A stretch of 64,000 bases of DNA from Methanomicrobiales archaeon (GCA_037137755.1 JBAXJR010000001.1:64001-128000), one strand, 5' to 3'. Positions 1-11,109 are shown, counted from the first letter of the stretch. Numbers and translations are program-made. The notes: a model not told the origin generated them from the letters alone.

Positions 1-2
1 TG

Positions 3-1094
3 GGGGTACTCCTCGCTCACGGTGTAGCAATAAAACCCGGTAAACCCGTGATCATCGGAAAAGTGGAAGGTACCCCGGTCATTGGTATGCCTGGGTACCC
101 CCTGTCAGCCCTCACGGTCATCCGCGAGATAATTATACCCCTGCTTGCTAATTATGGAATTACGGCCCCGGCAAAAGAGACGCTGAATGCCCGGTTGACC
201 GCGAGCCTTCATTCAGAGGTGGGGACCGATGAGTTCGTGTTGCTATCGGTCGGGAAAATCGGAGGGCAGTACGTGGCCACCCCCCAGTCACGGGGAGCCG
301 GGGTACAGATGAGTGCGGTACGAGCGAATGCTTACCTGATAGTTCCGAGGAACCTGGAGGGGTACGAGGCCGGGTCAGAAGCCCCGGTCACCCTGATGGT
401 GACGAGGGCACAGGCTGATTCGGCACTTCTTATTACCGGAAGCCATGACCCGTCCATAGATTATCTAGCCGATATGCTGCAGAGACGGGGGATAGAAGTC
501 CATTCCACGCATGCAGGCAGCATGGGAGGCCTGATGGCACTCATGAAAGGTGACTGCCATGCAGCCCCTATGCACCTGCTCTGTGATTCCGGCGACTACA
601 ACACCTGGTACCTCGAAAAATATCTCCCGGGAGAGGACCTTGTAATCCTGACTGTGGCTGGCAGGGAGCAGGGTATCGTTTCAAAGGATGGAATAGGGAT
701 TGATGACCTGAAAGGACGACAATTTATCAACCGTCAGAAAGGGTCGGGTACTCGCATCCTGCTTGATTACGAGCTTAATAAACGAGGAATTGATCCTGCT
801 TCGATACCGGGGTATGACCGGGAAGTCACCACGCATATCGCTGTCGGGCTTGCAGTAAAAACTGGGGAGGCTGATGCAGGGATGTGCGTATATAGTGCAG
901 CAAAAACCCTCGGGTTGAAATTTGTGCCGGTTGGTAACGAACGGTACGAGATAATTACGCGGAAGGAACACCTTTCAGACCCACGCGTTGCCGCTCTCTT
1001 TGAGACTGTCTCCTCCCCGGAATTCACCGGGACTCTTGACCGTCTCGGTGGATATGATACATCGGAGACTGGTCAACGTCGCCAGTTGCCCTGA
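3..1094 (+). CDS. moeA: Molybdopterin biosynthesis MoeA fused to a periplasmic-binding-like (PBP/LysR substrate-binding) domain; 5' end lies outside the window
   Basis: Frame is open from the window start (HGVAIKPGKP, GMPGYPLS MoeA motifs). C-terminal domain has GSHD, GSMGGL, INRQKGSGTR and HIAVGLAV motifs. Confidence 0.9.
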   Translation, partial: GVLLAHGVAIKPGKPVIIGKVEGTPVIGMPGYPLSALTVIREIIIPLLANYGITAPAKETLNARLTASLHSEVGTDEFVLLSVGKIGGQYVATPQSRGAGVQMSAVRANAYLIVPRNLEGYEAGSEAPVTLMVTRAQADSALLITGSHDPSIDYLADMLQRRGIEVHSTHAGSMGGLMALMKGDCHAAPMHLLCDSGDYNTWYLEKYLPGEDLVILTVAGREQGIVSKDGIGIDDLKGRQFINRQKGSGTRILLDYELNKRGIDPASIPGYDREVTTHIAVGLAVKTGEADAGMCVYSAAKTLGLKFVPVGNERYEIITRKEHLSDPRVAALFETVSSPEFTGTLDRLGGYDTSETGQRRQLP

Positions 1095-1527
1095 TAACGG
1101 CGTCATCCGGGGTATCGCAGGCGATTACCCCCGGTATATCCCATGTATGGTACCCGAATACAGGCTTCCCCATCTTAAATGCAGCGGCAATCTCGGAAAG
1201 AGTGCCGTAGGAACCTCCGATCGCGATTACGGCATCTGCAGACTGGATCAGGAGGATATTCCTTGCATGACCAATTCCGGTCCTGATTACAATTCCGGAA
1301 TAGACGTTCTCCCCCGCTATTCCGGGAATAATCCCTACGGTCGTACCTCCCTGTGCGTATGCTCCTTTTGCGGCAGCTTCCATAACCCCGCCAAGACCGC
1401 CAGACAGGAGGATTACATGTTGTTTGGCGAGGAGTCCACCAATCAGTTCAGCTGCCTTGTACTCCTCATTCGAGCACTCTCCTGCGCCTATCACCGCGAC
1501 CTGTTTTATCCTAGCCAATGCCACCAT
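1024..1527 (-). CDS. TIGR00725 family (SLOG/LOG-like Rossmann) protein
   Basis: GGLGGVMEAAAKGA, ARN, GGSYGTLSE motifs. Overlaps the ALDH stop and overlaps moeA convergently. Confidence 0.85.
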   Translation of the reverse strand: MVALARIKQVAVIGAGECSNEEYKAAELIGGLLAKQHVILLSGGLGGVMEAAAKGAYAQGGTTVGIIPGIAGENVYSGIVIRTGIGHARNILLIQSADAVIAIGGSYGTLSEIAAAFKMGKPVFGYHTWDIPGVIACDTPDDAVIRATGDVDQSPMYHIHRDGQESR

Positions 1528-2944
1528 CCCTGTTGATCACCAGCAGTCGCGGTTCCGTCATTTCCCCTATTGCATACCTTGGGCCTTCACGCCCGGTCCC
1601 GGACCCTCTGACCCCGCCATATGGCATATGGTCCACGCGGAACGACGGGATATCATTGATGATCACGCCGCCGACATTCATCTCTTCGAATGCCCGCATC
1701 ACCCGGTTGATGTTCTGGGTGAATATTCCCACCTGAAGTCCGAAATCACTTTCATTTGCAATCCGTAACGCTTCATCGAATTCATCATACGGGGTGACGG
1801 AAATCACCGGGGCAAACACTTCCTCCCTGTTGACACGCATATCAGGGGTTGTCTGCTCCAGTATGGTGGGTGCAAAGAGCCTCCCTTCGTACGTTCCACC
1901 GAGGATAACCCCTGCACCGTTACTAATCGCCTCCTGTACTTTCTGAAGGGCATCTCCGGCTTTTACCTTGTCAATCATCGGGCCTATATCGGTTGCCGGG
2001 TCCCGTGGGTCTCCAACCTTCAGCAAGCTGGCGGAGGCAATTATTTTCGCAACGGTCTCTTTATACACGGTGCGTTGGATGAGGACCCGTTGGACTGATA
2101 TGCAGATCTGGCCGGCATTAAGAAATCCACCGGTCGCGATCCTTGACGCAGCAAGGTCCAGGTTTGCGTCCTCGTGGACGATTACCGCTGCATTTCCTCC
2201 CAGCTCGAGCCCGACCCGTTTGCGGCCTGCGACCTCTTTTAAGTGCCAGCCGACGGCACAACTTCCGGTAAATGAAAGATATGCGACTCTCGGGTCGCGT
2301 ACCATGATCTCTGCCCGTTCACCCGGGCAGGGTACGACACTGACCGCTTCAGCCGGTGCCCCTGCAGAGAGTGCCATTTCGCCCAGGAGGAGACTCGATA
2401 CCGGGGTAGATGATGCAGGTTTAAGGATAATAGAATTGCCCGCTGCAATGGCCGGTGCTAGTTTGTGGCAGGCAAGGTTCAAGGGAAAATTAAACGGTAC
2501 GATCCCGAGAACCGGGCCGACCGGGAACCTCATCAGGTAACCGGTGCGGTGTTTCGTATCTTCGCTCCAGTCGAGCGGGAGTATTTCGCCATAGATCCTC
2601 CGTGCCTCCTCGGCAGAGGTGCGGACTGTCATTTCAGCACGGGCGACCTCTGCAGTGGCGAATTTCCTCGTTTTTCCACCTTCCATCACCATCACATCAA
2701 TGAGGTAATCAGCCCGCCCCCTGATCTCGTCCGCCAGCCGTTCGAGGATTTTTGAACGTTCGGAGGCTGAGAGCCTTCTCATCGTTTCAAAACCCTTCAC
2801 TGCTGCATTCATGGTATCTTCAAGGTCGGAAGGACCAGCCTGGTGCACCCGGGCATAGACTTCTCCGGTATAGGGAAACCGCACATCGGCTATTTCTTTC
2901 GTCTCTCTGGTTTTTCCTCCGATAAGAACAGGGTATATCTCCAT
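1511..2944 (-). CDS. NAD(P)-dependent aldehyde dehydrogenase (lactaldehyde dehydrogenase-like)
   Basis: PFNFP, FTGS, LELGGN, GQICIS (catalytic Cys) and EEVFAP motifs. Confidence 0.92.
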   Translation of the reverse strand: MEIYPVLIGGKTRETKEIADVRFPYTGEVYARVHQAGPSDLEDTMNAAVKGFETMRRLSASERSKILERLADEIRGRADYLIDVMVMEGGKTRKFATAEVARAEMTVRTSAEEARRIYGEILPLDWSEDTKHRTGYLMRFPVGPVLGIVPFNFPLNLACHKLAPAIAAGNSIILKPASSTPVSSLLLGEMALSAGAPAEAVSVVPCPGERAEIMVRDPRVAYLSFTGSCAVGWHLKEVAGRKRVGLELGGNAAVIVHEDANLDLAASRIATGGFLNAGQICISVQRVLIQRTVYKETVAKIIASASLLKVGDPRDPATDIGPMIDKVKAGDALQKVQEAISNGAGVILGGTYEGRLFAPTILEQTTPDMRVNREEVFAPVISVTPYDEFDEALRIANESDFGLQVGIFTQNINRVMRAFEEMNVGGVIINDIPSFRVDHMPYGGVRGSGTGREGPRYAIGEMTEPRLLVINRDGGIG

Positions 2945-3343
2945 GATCGACCAATCCTGATTTTCCCAGCGATACTACAAACCCCGGTATTCTTGACCTG
3001 GTGAATGGGTCTCGCATGAGACTTATATGTGCATCAGAAATCATTCCTAAAGAACCCACGGATCTGATACGTGCCCGGGCGGGCTCTGCCATTATTCCTG
3101 TTCATAGCAAAATCTCTATTGAATTTTATCTTCTTTTCTCATTACACCGGATTTTAGACTCCATTATACTCTATAAACATACAAGACCTCCTTCATATCT
3201 TCCGTACTATCGGGTATCTGCATGAGAACTTTTTATGAGGAGTACCCCCCCGCGTTGAAAAACTACTTTGTGCTGAAGGGTGAATAGTAGACAATATTCT
3301 CCTCGCTTCACCGCTACCTGAGGAGACTTTTGAGGGATGAAGG

Positions 3344-6300
3344 TTGAAGGAAGTAACCAGCAGTTATAATGCCCACGAGATCGAGGAATCTGTCCAGCAG
3401 TTGTGGCATGATGAGGATACCTTTTTAAAAGTTCAGGCGCTCCACGCAGGCGACCCGCCGTTTTTCTTTGTCGATGGTCCGCCGTATACCACCGGTCATA
3501 TCCATCTCGGCACTGCGTGGAACAAGATCTTAAAAGACAGCCTGCTCCGCTACCACCGGATGTGCGGGAGGCACGTGATCGCCAGGGCGGGGTATGATAT
3601 GCATGGGCTCCCGATCGAGGTCAGGGTAGAGCAGCAACTTGGTTTCTCTTCCAAGAAAGATATCGAAACATTCGGGATTGAGAAATTTATCGACCATTGT
3701 CGCGATTTTGCTGAGGTAAATAAGGACGTGATGAGCGGCCAGTTTAAAAAATTAGGGATCTGGCTGGACTTTGATAACCCGTACCAGACGATCCAGCCTG
3801 AATATATCGAAGCTGCATGGTGGACAATCCAGAGGGCTTCTGAACGTGGGATGCTTGAACGGGGGTTCCGCGTGGTGAACTGGTGCCCCCGGTGTGCGAC
3901 AGCAATCGCAGATGCGGAAGTCGAATACTGGGAGGAGACCGACCCTTCAATCTTCGTAAAATTCCCGCTGACGGGCAAATCCGGGGAATCCCTCGTGATA
4001 TGGACCACGACCCCGTGGACACTCCCCGCCAACGTCGCTGTAGCGGTCAACCCCGGTCTCTTCTACGCCCGTGTAAAGGCAGTGAAGGGTGAAACGGAAG
4101 AAATACTTTGGATTGCCTCGGAACTGGTGGAACCCGTCCTTAAGAAAGGCAAGTACCAGGACTATACTATCCTCGAAGAAAAGAAGGGCAAAGACCTGGT
4201 CGGTATGACCTACGACTCCCCGCTCGCAGAGCAGGTCCCCCTCCAGAAAGAGGTGATGCACCGGGTTGTCGTGGCGGACTTTGTTGCCAAAGAGAACACC
4301 GGGTTCGTACATATCGCCCCCGGCCACGGTTGGGACGACTACCTGCTCGGCCAGAAGGAGGGGCTTGCTATCATCTGCCCCGTTGATGCTACCGGGCACT
4401 TTACCAAGGAGGGCGGTGCGTTTGAATGCATGTTTGTCAAGGACGCAGATGAGGTAGTCCTTAAGGAACTAGGGGATTACCTCCTCGCAAAAGGCAGGGT
4501 TACCCACCGCTACGGCCACTGCTGGAGGTGCAAGACCCCGATCATCTTCCGTGCCACGTCGCAATGGTTCTTAAAGGCATCAGCAATGAAGGAACGGATG
4601 CTCGAGGAAGTCGCCATCGTAAAATGGTACCCCGAATGGGCGGGAAGTGCCCGTTTCTACGACTGGATTAAGGAGGCCCGTGACTGGTGTATCTCGCGGC
4701 AGCGGTACTGGGGTATCCCGATACCGATATGGGAATGCACGAAATGTGGCCATATCAGGGTCTTTGGTACGATAGCGGAGCTCGAGGGTGCAAGCGGGAC
4801 TCCTTTACCCGACCCTCACCGTCCGCATGTGGACAAGGTGACGGTGCCGTGCAGTTGTGGCGGGACGATGCGCCGCGTGGAAGATATCTTTGATGTCTGG
4901 TTTGATTCCGCCGTTGCGTCATGGGCGACCCTCAGGTACCCGGGCAACAAAGAAGCGTTTGACCAGCTGTGGCCCGCTGATTTCATCGCCGAAGGCCAGG
5001 ACCAGACGCGTGGCTGGTTCTACTCGCAACTTGGCGCGAGCACGATTGCGTTCGACTGTTCACCGTATAAGAGCGTCCTCATGCATGGTTTTGCACTTGA
5101 TGCGGAAGGTCGTAAAATGAGTAAAAGTCTCGGTAACGTGGTCACTCCTGAAGAAATTGTTGCGGCACAGGGTGTGGACGTTTTGAGGTTGTATGTCCTT
5201 TCCTCAAGTGCACCGTGGGACGACCTGAAATTCAACTGGGACGGTATCAAGACCGTAAACAGGACGATGAACATATTCTGGAATGTTTACCGGTTCCCTT
5301 TACCCTACATGATCCTCGATCACTGGCAGCCCGCTAACAATGGGGGGCACTGGGATGACGCCTATGTGAAAGGACATATCACCCGGATGCCAGACGAGGA
5401 CCGCTGGATTATTTCCCGTGTCAACAGCCTTGCACAACAGATGAACGAGGCGATCGGTGAATGCCAGCTCCACAAGGTCACCCGTGGACTGATCTCTTTC
5501 ATCCTTGACGACCTATCACGGTGGTACGTGCAGCTGGTCAGGCCAAGGCTCTGGCTCGAAGAAGAATCAGAAGTGAAAAAGTTTGCCTACGAGACGATGT
5601 ACTATGTAATGCGGCAGCTCGTCACCCTCCTTGCACCATTTACCCCGCATATCACTGAGGTAATGTATAACAATATCCGGCTCCCGGCTGACCCTGTCAG
5701 TGTCCATATGCTCCCATGGTTCACGGGTGATCGAAGCCTTATCGACACAGGGATCGAATCCCGGATGGGCATTGTGCAGTCATTTGATGAAGCACAGGCA
5801 AATGCCCGGCAGTCAGGAAAAAGGAAGCTCCGCTGGCCGGTGTCTGAATGTGTTATCTCTACGACATCACCGGATATCAAGGCCGCTATAGAGCAGTTAA
5901 ACGGTCTCTGTTGTGACCGTGCGAATGCAAAGTGTGTCAGGGTTGTCGAAGGGACCTATGACCGGATCTCATGGAATGCCGAACCGGTCATGAAGGCTCT
6001 GGGCCCGGGTTTTGGCAGGGATGCCCCGAAGGTGAAGGAATTAATCCTCGCCGCTGACGGGAACAAGGTCCGGGAAACCACGCTTGCCGGTAAGATGTAT
6101 ACCCTCATCTCCGGGGATGACCATTTTGATATCGGGAGCGAACATGTTACCTTTGTCGAAGGCCTTCCCGGCTCGGTTTTTTCTGCACCGATGCAGGATG
6201 CCACTGTATATGTCGATACAGCGCTCACCCCGGAACTCGAGGCTGAAGGGAATGCGAGAGAGGTAATCCGCCGTATCCAGGAGATGCGTCGCCAGCTTGA

Positions 6301-6532
6301 CCTCAATGTTGAAGATTTCATCTCTTCATATGTGATAATCAATGACCCCCGTATCTGTGAACTTGTCAGTTCCCAGTGGAAAGAAGGGATCATGGAGGAA
6401 GTCAGGGCTAAACAGCTGACGATGTCCGGGCCTGGCTCCATCGCGCCGGAAGGGAGATGGGGGCTAGAAAAAGACTGGGATATTGAAGGCCTTTCGGTAC
6501 GGATAGGGATATCAGGGTTCCCTGATCAGTGA
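3344..6532 (+). CDS. ileS: Isoleucyl-tRNA synthetase
   Basis: DGPPY, HLGT (HIGH), WTTTPWTLP, ISRQRYWG and KMSKS motifs; 1062 aa; TTG start. Confidence 0.97.
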   Translation: MKEVTSSYNAHEIEESVQQLWHDEDTFLKVQALHAGDPPFFFVDGPPYTTGHIHLGTAWNKILKDSLLRYHRMCGRHVIARAGYDMHGLPIEVRVEQQLGFSSKKDIETFGIEKFIDHCRDFAEVNKDVMSGQFKKLGIWLDFDNPYQTIQPEYIEAAWWTIQRASERGMLERGFRVVNWCPRCATAIADAEVEYWEETDPSIFVKFPLTGKSGESLVIWTTTPWTLPANVAVAVNPGLFYARVKAVKGETEEILWIASELVEPVLKKGKYQDYTILEEKKGKDLVGMTYDSPLAEQVPLQKEVMHRVVVADFVAKENTGFVHIAPGHGWDDYLLGQKEGLAIICPVDATGHFTKEGGAFECMFVKDADEVVLKELGDYLLAKGRVTHRYGHCWRCKTPIIFRATSQWFLKASAMKERMLEEVAIVKWYPEWAGSARFYDWIKEARDWCISRQRYWGIPIPIWECTKCGHIRVFGTIAELEGASGTPLPDPHRPHVDKVTVPCSCGGTMRRVEDIFDVWFDSAVASWATLRYPGNKEAFDQLWPADFIAEGQDQTRGWFYSQLGASTIAFDCSPYKSVLMHGFALDAEGRKMSKSLGNVVTPEEIVAAQGVDVLRLYVLSSSAPWDDLKFNWDGIKTVNRTMNIFWNVYRFPLPYMILDHWQPANNGGHWDDAYVKGHITRMPDEDRWIISRVNSLAQQMNEAIGECQLHKVTRGLISFILDDLSRWYVQLVRPRLWLEEESEVKKFAYETMYYVMRQLVTLLAPFTPHITEVMYNNIRLPADPVSVHMLPWFTGDRSLIDTGIESRMGIVQSFDEAQANARQSGKRKLRWPVSECVISTTSPDIKAAIEQLNGLCCDRANAKCVRVVEGTYDRISWNAEPVMKALGPGFGRDAPKVKELILAADGNKVRETTLAGKMYTLISGDDHFDIGSEHVTFVEGLPGSVFSAPMQDATVYVDTALTPELEAEGNAREVIRRIQEMRRQLDLNVEDFISSYVIINDPRICELVSSQWKEGIMEEVRAKQLTMSGPGSIAPEGRWGLEKDWDIEGLSVRIGISGFPDQ

Positions 6533-7243
6533 AGCAAGGAATTTCTGCCCTTCAGGGGTATTAAAAAGCGGTAGTTCCTCATCGATTGTCACCGAACTCC
6601 TGAGGGTTTCTGCCGTTTCATTGGTAACGGGATTGAACCCGTGAACTTTTTTTAACATCTTATAGACCATGGCGCCACGACGCTGCCATGCCGGGGTCGT
6701 TGCAAGGTTCACACCCCGTGCGAACATCATCTCGTGGAGAGCTTTTGCCGGCATCCCGACAAGAGTCCTCTGGGTGTCAGCCGGGGTCATTCCCTCGTCC
6801 GTCAGCGCGGCCTGGCAATATGCGTTGATGTGGTTCCGCCATGCCTCATGTTGCCGGTTTTTCAGGTACTCTGCCGCAAGCTCATGGGTTATCTGGACAA
6901 TCCGTGCGTCAAATGCAACCGGGCTTTCGGGATGAAGGTCCAGGGAAATGGCGCTGGCAGCATAGGATGATGCAATGGAATCGATCTTCTCTACCCTTCC
7001 ACGGAAAGGCACCGAGCTGAAGTACATGCTTATCTCGTCTGAAAATGTATAGGCGAAATCAGGGTTAAGACCGGAGTGAGAAACCAGGGACTCCGAGACA
7101 TGAACCATTGCGCGATGGAACATTTCATCAAAAGGTTTCTCGAATGACAGATGCACAGCGAGCCGGTGAAAAGCCCTTCCATCAATCCTTACAAAAATGG
7201 GTGGGACTGTGATGAGATTGCTGAACAGTTCCCGTTGTTTCAT
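6512..7243 (-). CDS. thg1: tRNA(His) guanylyltransferase / Thg1-like protein
   Basis: RIDGRAFH, SDEIS, FDARI and RQHEAWRN motifs. Confidence 0.92.
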   Translation of the reverse strand: MKQRELFSNLITVPPIFVRIDGRAFHRLAVHLSFEKPFDEMFHRAMVHVSESLVSHSGLNPDFAYTFSDEISMYFSSVPFRGRVEKIDSIASSYAASAISLDLHPESPVAFDARIVQITHELAAEYLKNRQHEAWRNHINAYCQAALTDEGMTPADTQRTLVGMPAKALHEMMFARGVNLATTPAWQRRGAMVYKMLKKVHGFNPVTNETAETLRSSVTIDEELPLFNTPEGQKFLASLIREP

Positions 7244-7319
7244 GGTAGTTAGTCCGGATGATCTACCCGGAATGAAAATACCGTTATCCGGGATATTTTT
7301 TAGAATTACTTACAACAAT

Positions 7320-7586
7320 TCACATCTCTTCTGCTTTGAATGCACCCGGAAGATGGCGGATGATAACAATATCGCCGATACTTCCAATGATACGGAACGG
7401 CACTTTAAGTCCCTTGTAATTCTTAATATCGACGAGTTCCGGGTTTAATTTTCCCACAACAACAGACTCAATTTTTTTCCCGTCAACATCGATGACGATA
7501 TCTTCCACTTCACCGACAAAAATACTCTTTTCGGTGTAGACATTCAGTCCGAACATTTCAGTAATCTGTTTTCTCATCCTGATCAA
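7320..7586 (-). CDS. PRC-barrel domain protein (CdpB-like)
   Basis: ITEMFGLNVYT..VGEVEDIVID..VPFRIIGSIGDIVII pattern. Confidence 0.85.
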   Translation of the reverse strand: MIRMRKQITEMFGLNVYTEKSIFVGEVEDIVIDVDGKKIESVVVGKLNPELVDIKNYKGLKVPFRIIGSIGDIVIIRHLPGAFKAEEM

Positions 7587-7628
7587 TCCATGAATATATA
7601 CGAGAACAGTTAAAAAGATACTCTTTTA

Positions 7629-8786
7629 ATGAACGGTTCATACAAAATCGGTTCGCTGTTCGGGGTTCCCATCTATATCCACTGGACTTTCCTGATCGTG
7701 ATCCCACTCTTCGCCTGGATCATCGGGACCCAGATTGCTATTACTGTCGGACTCATTACAAACTCCTACAATCTGGCATTTGGCTGGTTTCATCCGTTTG
7801 CAGTCGATACCTCGTTTTTCTCTCTCGGGTTGTATTCATATCTCCTGGGTGCCCTGATATCAATCGGTCTTTTTGTCGGGGTACTGTTCCATGAAATGGC
7901 CCACTCGTTACTCGCCAGAAAATACGGGCTTAAGATAAACAACATTACCCTCCTCATCTTCGGGGGCATCTCCTCAATAGAGGAAGGTACACCTGACCCG
8001 GGAGTAGAGCTCCCGGTTGCACTGGCAGGACCTCTTATGAGCCTCGTTATTGCAGTCCTATGTTCCGGGATCGCGTATGCCGCGGATGTTGCCATAGCGG
8101 ACCGGGTTATTGCGGGGACTCTGGTCTTCTTCTTCGGTTATCTGGGCCTGCTTAACTTTATCCTCTTCGTATTCAACCTGCTCCCGGCGTTTCCGATGGA
8201 CGGGGGCAGGGTCCTTCGTGCTTGGCTTGCAAAGTCGAAACCTCTCCCGGAAGCGACCCGGATTGCTGCGAACATAGGAAAGGGATTTGCCGTGGTGTTT
8301 GGTATTTTTGCCGTCATCACCTTCAGCCCAATCCTGGTCATTATCGCGGTGTTTATTTATCTCGGTGCAAGCCAGGAGTCCAATGCAATGCGCTATAAAT
8401 TCCTCCTCCAGGATGTTACCGTTGGGGACATGATGTCAAAACCCGTCATGAGTGTCCCGTTGAATATGCCTGTACGGGAAGTCATTGAACTGATGTACGG
8501 GAGCAAACATCTCGGGTTCCCGGTCGTGGACCGTGGGGTGCTTGTCGGCATGATCACGGTAGTAGATGTACATAAGATGCGTCCGCTTGACCGTGAGGCC
8601 ATGCAGGTGCGGGATGTCATGTCGAGGGACCCGTTCTCCCTCCCTCCCGGGGCGCCGGTCGAAGATGCACTCCGTATCATGTCGGTACAAAACATTGGTC
8701 ATATCCCTGTTATCGAAAACAGGGAACTAATCGGGATCGTCACCAGGGAGGATATCATGAAGGTGATCGAGTTGAAAGAGATGTAA
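7629..8786 (+). CDS. Site-2 protease (M50) with C-terminal CBS pair
   Basis: HEMAH zinc motif, NLLPAFPMDGG, two CBS repeats. Confidence 0.93.
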   Translation: MNGSYKIGSLFGVPIYIHWTFLIVIPLFAWIIGTQIAITVGLITNSYNLAFGWFHPFAVDTSFFSLGLYSYLLGALISIGLFVGVLFHEMAHSLLARKYGLKINNITLLIFGGISSIEEGTPDPGVELPVALAGPLMSLVIAVLCSGIAYAADVAIADRVIAGTLVFFFGYLGLLNFILFVFNLLPAFPMDGGRVLRAWLAKSKPLPEATRIAANIGKGFAVVFGIFAVITFSPILVIIAVFIYLGASQESNAMRYKFLLQDVTVGDMMSKPVMSVPLNMPVREVIELMYGSKHLGFPVVDRGVLVGMITVVDVHKMRPLDREAMQVRDVMSRDPFSLPPGAPVEDALRIMSVQNIGHIPVIENRELIGIVTREDIMKVIELKEM

Positions 8787-8852
8787 CGGTTCATTTTTCC
8801 GGAAACAAAGGATCTTTATACCCGACACTTCCGCCAGCTATCGCTTCATGAG

Positions 8853-10499
8853 CTATTCAAATACCATCAGGTGGTCGAGTGCAGTCACTCCTGCGATTGT
8901 TCTGAATGAATCAGATGAATCAAAGGGGCGTTTCGCTGCAACCATCGCCGCCTTTTTCTTACCTAATCCCGGCAGCCACTTCAGTGCAGAAACTGGCAGG
9001 TGGTTGATGTCCACCGGCACCGGCAATGCAGTCAGGGATCTCATGCCAAAATCAACAACCGCTGCATCTATCACCGTGCCGGGGGTTAAAATGGAGGGGA
9101 TTCCTATGAGGATCGGGTATGACCCCATCTGCCGCCCGAAGGATACCGGGCCCTGTATTTCAATCAGGACGTCCCGGAACACGGTGCCGATCGGGAAAAC
9201 ACGTTCGAGCATGGGGCGGTCGAACGTTGTCCTGACAAATTCTTTAAAAGCCCTGAATTTCGAATCGTAGAGACCAATCGTGTTGTGTTCATATGCCCGG
9301 GTACCAGGGAATGGCATCAGTTGCCGAACGTTCACCCGCCTAACAAGGCACCTGCTCTGCAATACCCCGCGGAGGAATTGCTGGTTACATTCAAAGGTAG
9401 TCTTCGTCTCTCCGGGAAGGCCGCTGATGAAATTGAGGCCTGGGAGAAGTTCAGGGATACCTGCCTTCCTCTTTGCACCGACTGCATTAACGATACGGAT
9501 TGCTTCCATTACCTCCTCCGGACTGGCTTTCAGGTTGTTTATCCTGACTACTTCAGGGTCGGCAGTTTCCATCCCGAATGCTGCGACATCACCGGGAGTA
9601 TGGTACCTTGTGATTACCGAGAGCGCCTCCAGGCTCTCCTCCGGGTGACGTGCGATGGTTCCCGGGTTGATATTGTCAATATGCAGGGTTTTGAGTTCCG
9701 GGGCCATCCCCCGTATCCCGGAAAAAAGTGTCCGGAGTGCACCGGGGTCAGGGGCTGGAAATTCACCCCTGCCAGACTGGTAGGTAAGAAGATCAGGTTG
9801 CCGGCCTAACCGAAAATGCCTTGCTCCGGCTTTATACAGGGATCCAACTTCATCGATGACCCCCTGCGCCGGACGGTATACAGGCGGGCCATAGAACGGC
9901 TCAGTGCAGAATGAACAACCTCCCGTCTCCTCGTGTGCACAACCCCTCGCTGTCTCGAGTTCGCACATAATATGGGGGAAGGAAGGATGTTTTTTAATGA
10001 TATCGCTCCCGAGAATGCTCCACCTGTCGGAGAGAGTATAATTTACACTACCTTCAGGTCTGCCCCCGTTGAGGTGTGAATGGAGTGCCTCGGCGGATGA
10101 CCCCGTAAGAAGGTGATCAAACCCTGATATCGCCTGTTTTATTGCCTTTTCACCTCCACCGGGTGAATACCCGAACCCAATCGGTCCCCCGATATATTTC
10201 TCCGGTCCCCGTATCTGCAGCCCGATTTGCTGTATTTCCGTAAGGGTGGCCGGGGTGCCGCCAAGATATTTACCCGGGACGGTAACACCCGCGATCATTA
10301 CCATGACGCCGGCTTTTGAAATTGAGGGGAAGAGGCTCGGTTCAACCCTTACCTGGTCAATTGTGCAAAAACTGACCTGGTATTCCTGCTCTTTCAGGAC
10401 ACCGGCAACAGTCCTGATGTAGGGGGAGATATAAGGTGGGACGCCGAGACACGCGGGTTCGTCTACGTACCCGTCAATTATCCATGCTTCAGCAGGCAT
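8853..10499 (-). CDS. Radical SAM protein with C-terminal helix-hairpin-helix motif (COG1031-like)
   Basis: [20 protein letters not shown]-terminus, CX7CX2C cluster motif ([12 protein letters not shown]), LPGLGKKKA HhH. Confidence 0.85.
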   Translation of the reverse strand: MPAEAWIIDGYVDEPACLGVPPYISPYIRTVAGVLKEQEYQVSFCTIDQVRVEPSLFPSISKAGVMVMIAGVTVPGKYLGGTPATLTEIQQIGLQIRGPEKYIGGPIGFGYSPGGGEKAIKQAISGFDHLLTGSSAEALHSHLNGGRPEGSVNYTLSDRWSILGSDIIKKHPSFPHIMCELETARGCAHEETGGCSFCTEPFYGPPVYRPAQGVIDEVGSLYKAGARHFRLGRQPDLLTYQSGRGEFPAPDPGALRTLFSGIRGMAPELKTLHIDNINPGTIARHPEESLEALSVITRYHTPGDVAAFGMETADPEVVRINNLKASPEEVMEAIRIVNAVGAKRKAGIPELLPGLNFISGLPGETKTTFECNQQFLRGVLQSRCLVRRVNVRQLMPFPGTRAYEHNTIGLYDSKFRAFKEFVRTTFDRPMLERVFPIGTVFRDVLIEIQGPVSFGRQMGSYPILIGIPSILTPGTVIDAAVVDFGMRSLTALPVPVDINHLPVSALKWLPGLGKKKAAMVAAKRPFDSSDSFRTIAGVTALDHLMVFE

Positions 10500-11109
10500 A
10501 TCCGAGCAGTGCCAGTAATTTCCGTGCCCAGATCAGCTTACCGCGTTTGATTGGGTCGACCGAAGGGTCATCACAGTCAAATCCTATGAGCGTAACATGG
10601 GATGCTCTGAGTTCATCAGCTGCGAATACGGCCCTGTCGCCGTCAGAAAATCCGCCAAAATTGTACACATTCTGGATGGGCGTACTCTGGGTCGTCCCGA
10701 CGACCGGTCCGATGAACCGGGGCACCCAGTACTGTACCAGGTGCCGGTTGTCACCATGGGCATGGATAACAATGATCGTCCCTTTCCAGTTCATGTCCTG
10801 GTAACGTTCATCCGCCCCATCAAGGTCTGAAAAAATTACATCAGGCCTGATACTATGGTCCAGCAATACGAGGGCTGCAGCATCCGCAGCAAACACGGTA
10901 CCGTCAATCCGGTCCAGCTCCCGGCTGAGGTTCGGTCCATTCCCGCAGACCGTTACCTTCTTTCCAGTGCAACATCCCCTGAGCTGTTCAATATCATCCC
11001 GTATCAGGAGATTCTGGAGGAATAATGCGCACTCTTCATCAGATTTCCGGTCAAAAGAGAAGTATGCGAGGATCTCCTCATATAAAGGCTCCCAATCTTT
11101 AAATTTCAT
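10489..11109 (-). CDS. mptE: 6-hydroxymethyl-7,8-dihydropterin pyrophosphokinase MptE
   Basis: MKFKDWEPLYEEI start at 11109; SDLDG, HAHGDN, NFGGFSDGDRA and KRGKLIWA motifs. Confidence 0.9.
   Translation of the reverse strand: MKFKDWEPLYEEILAYFSFDRKSDEECALFLQNLLIRDDIEQLRGCCTGKKVTVCGNGPNLSRELDRIDGTVFAADAAALVLLDHSIRPDVIFSDLDGADERYQDMNWKGTIIVIHAHGDNRHLVQYWVPRFIGPVVGTTQSTPIQNVYNFGGFSDGDRAVFAADELRASHVTLIGFDCDDPSVDPIKRGKLIWARKLLALLGYAC

Noticed and set aside
6512-7243. Possible pyrrolysine read-through in Thg1, as in Methanosarcina acetivorans
   Set aside because: The ORF is uninterrupted, with no in-frame TAG.
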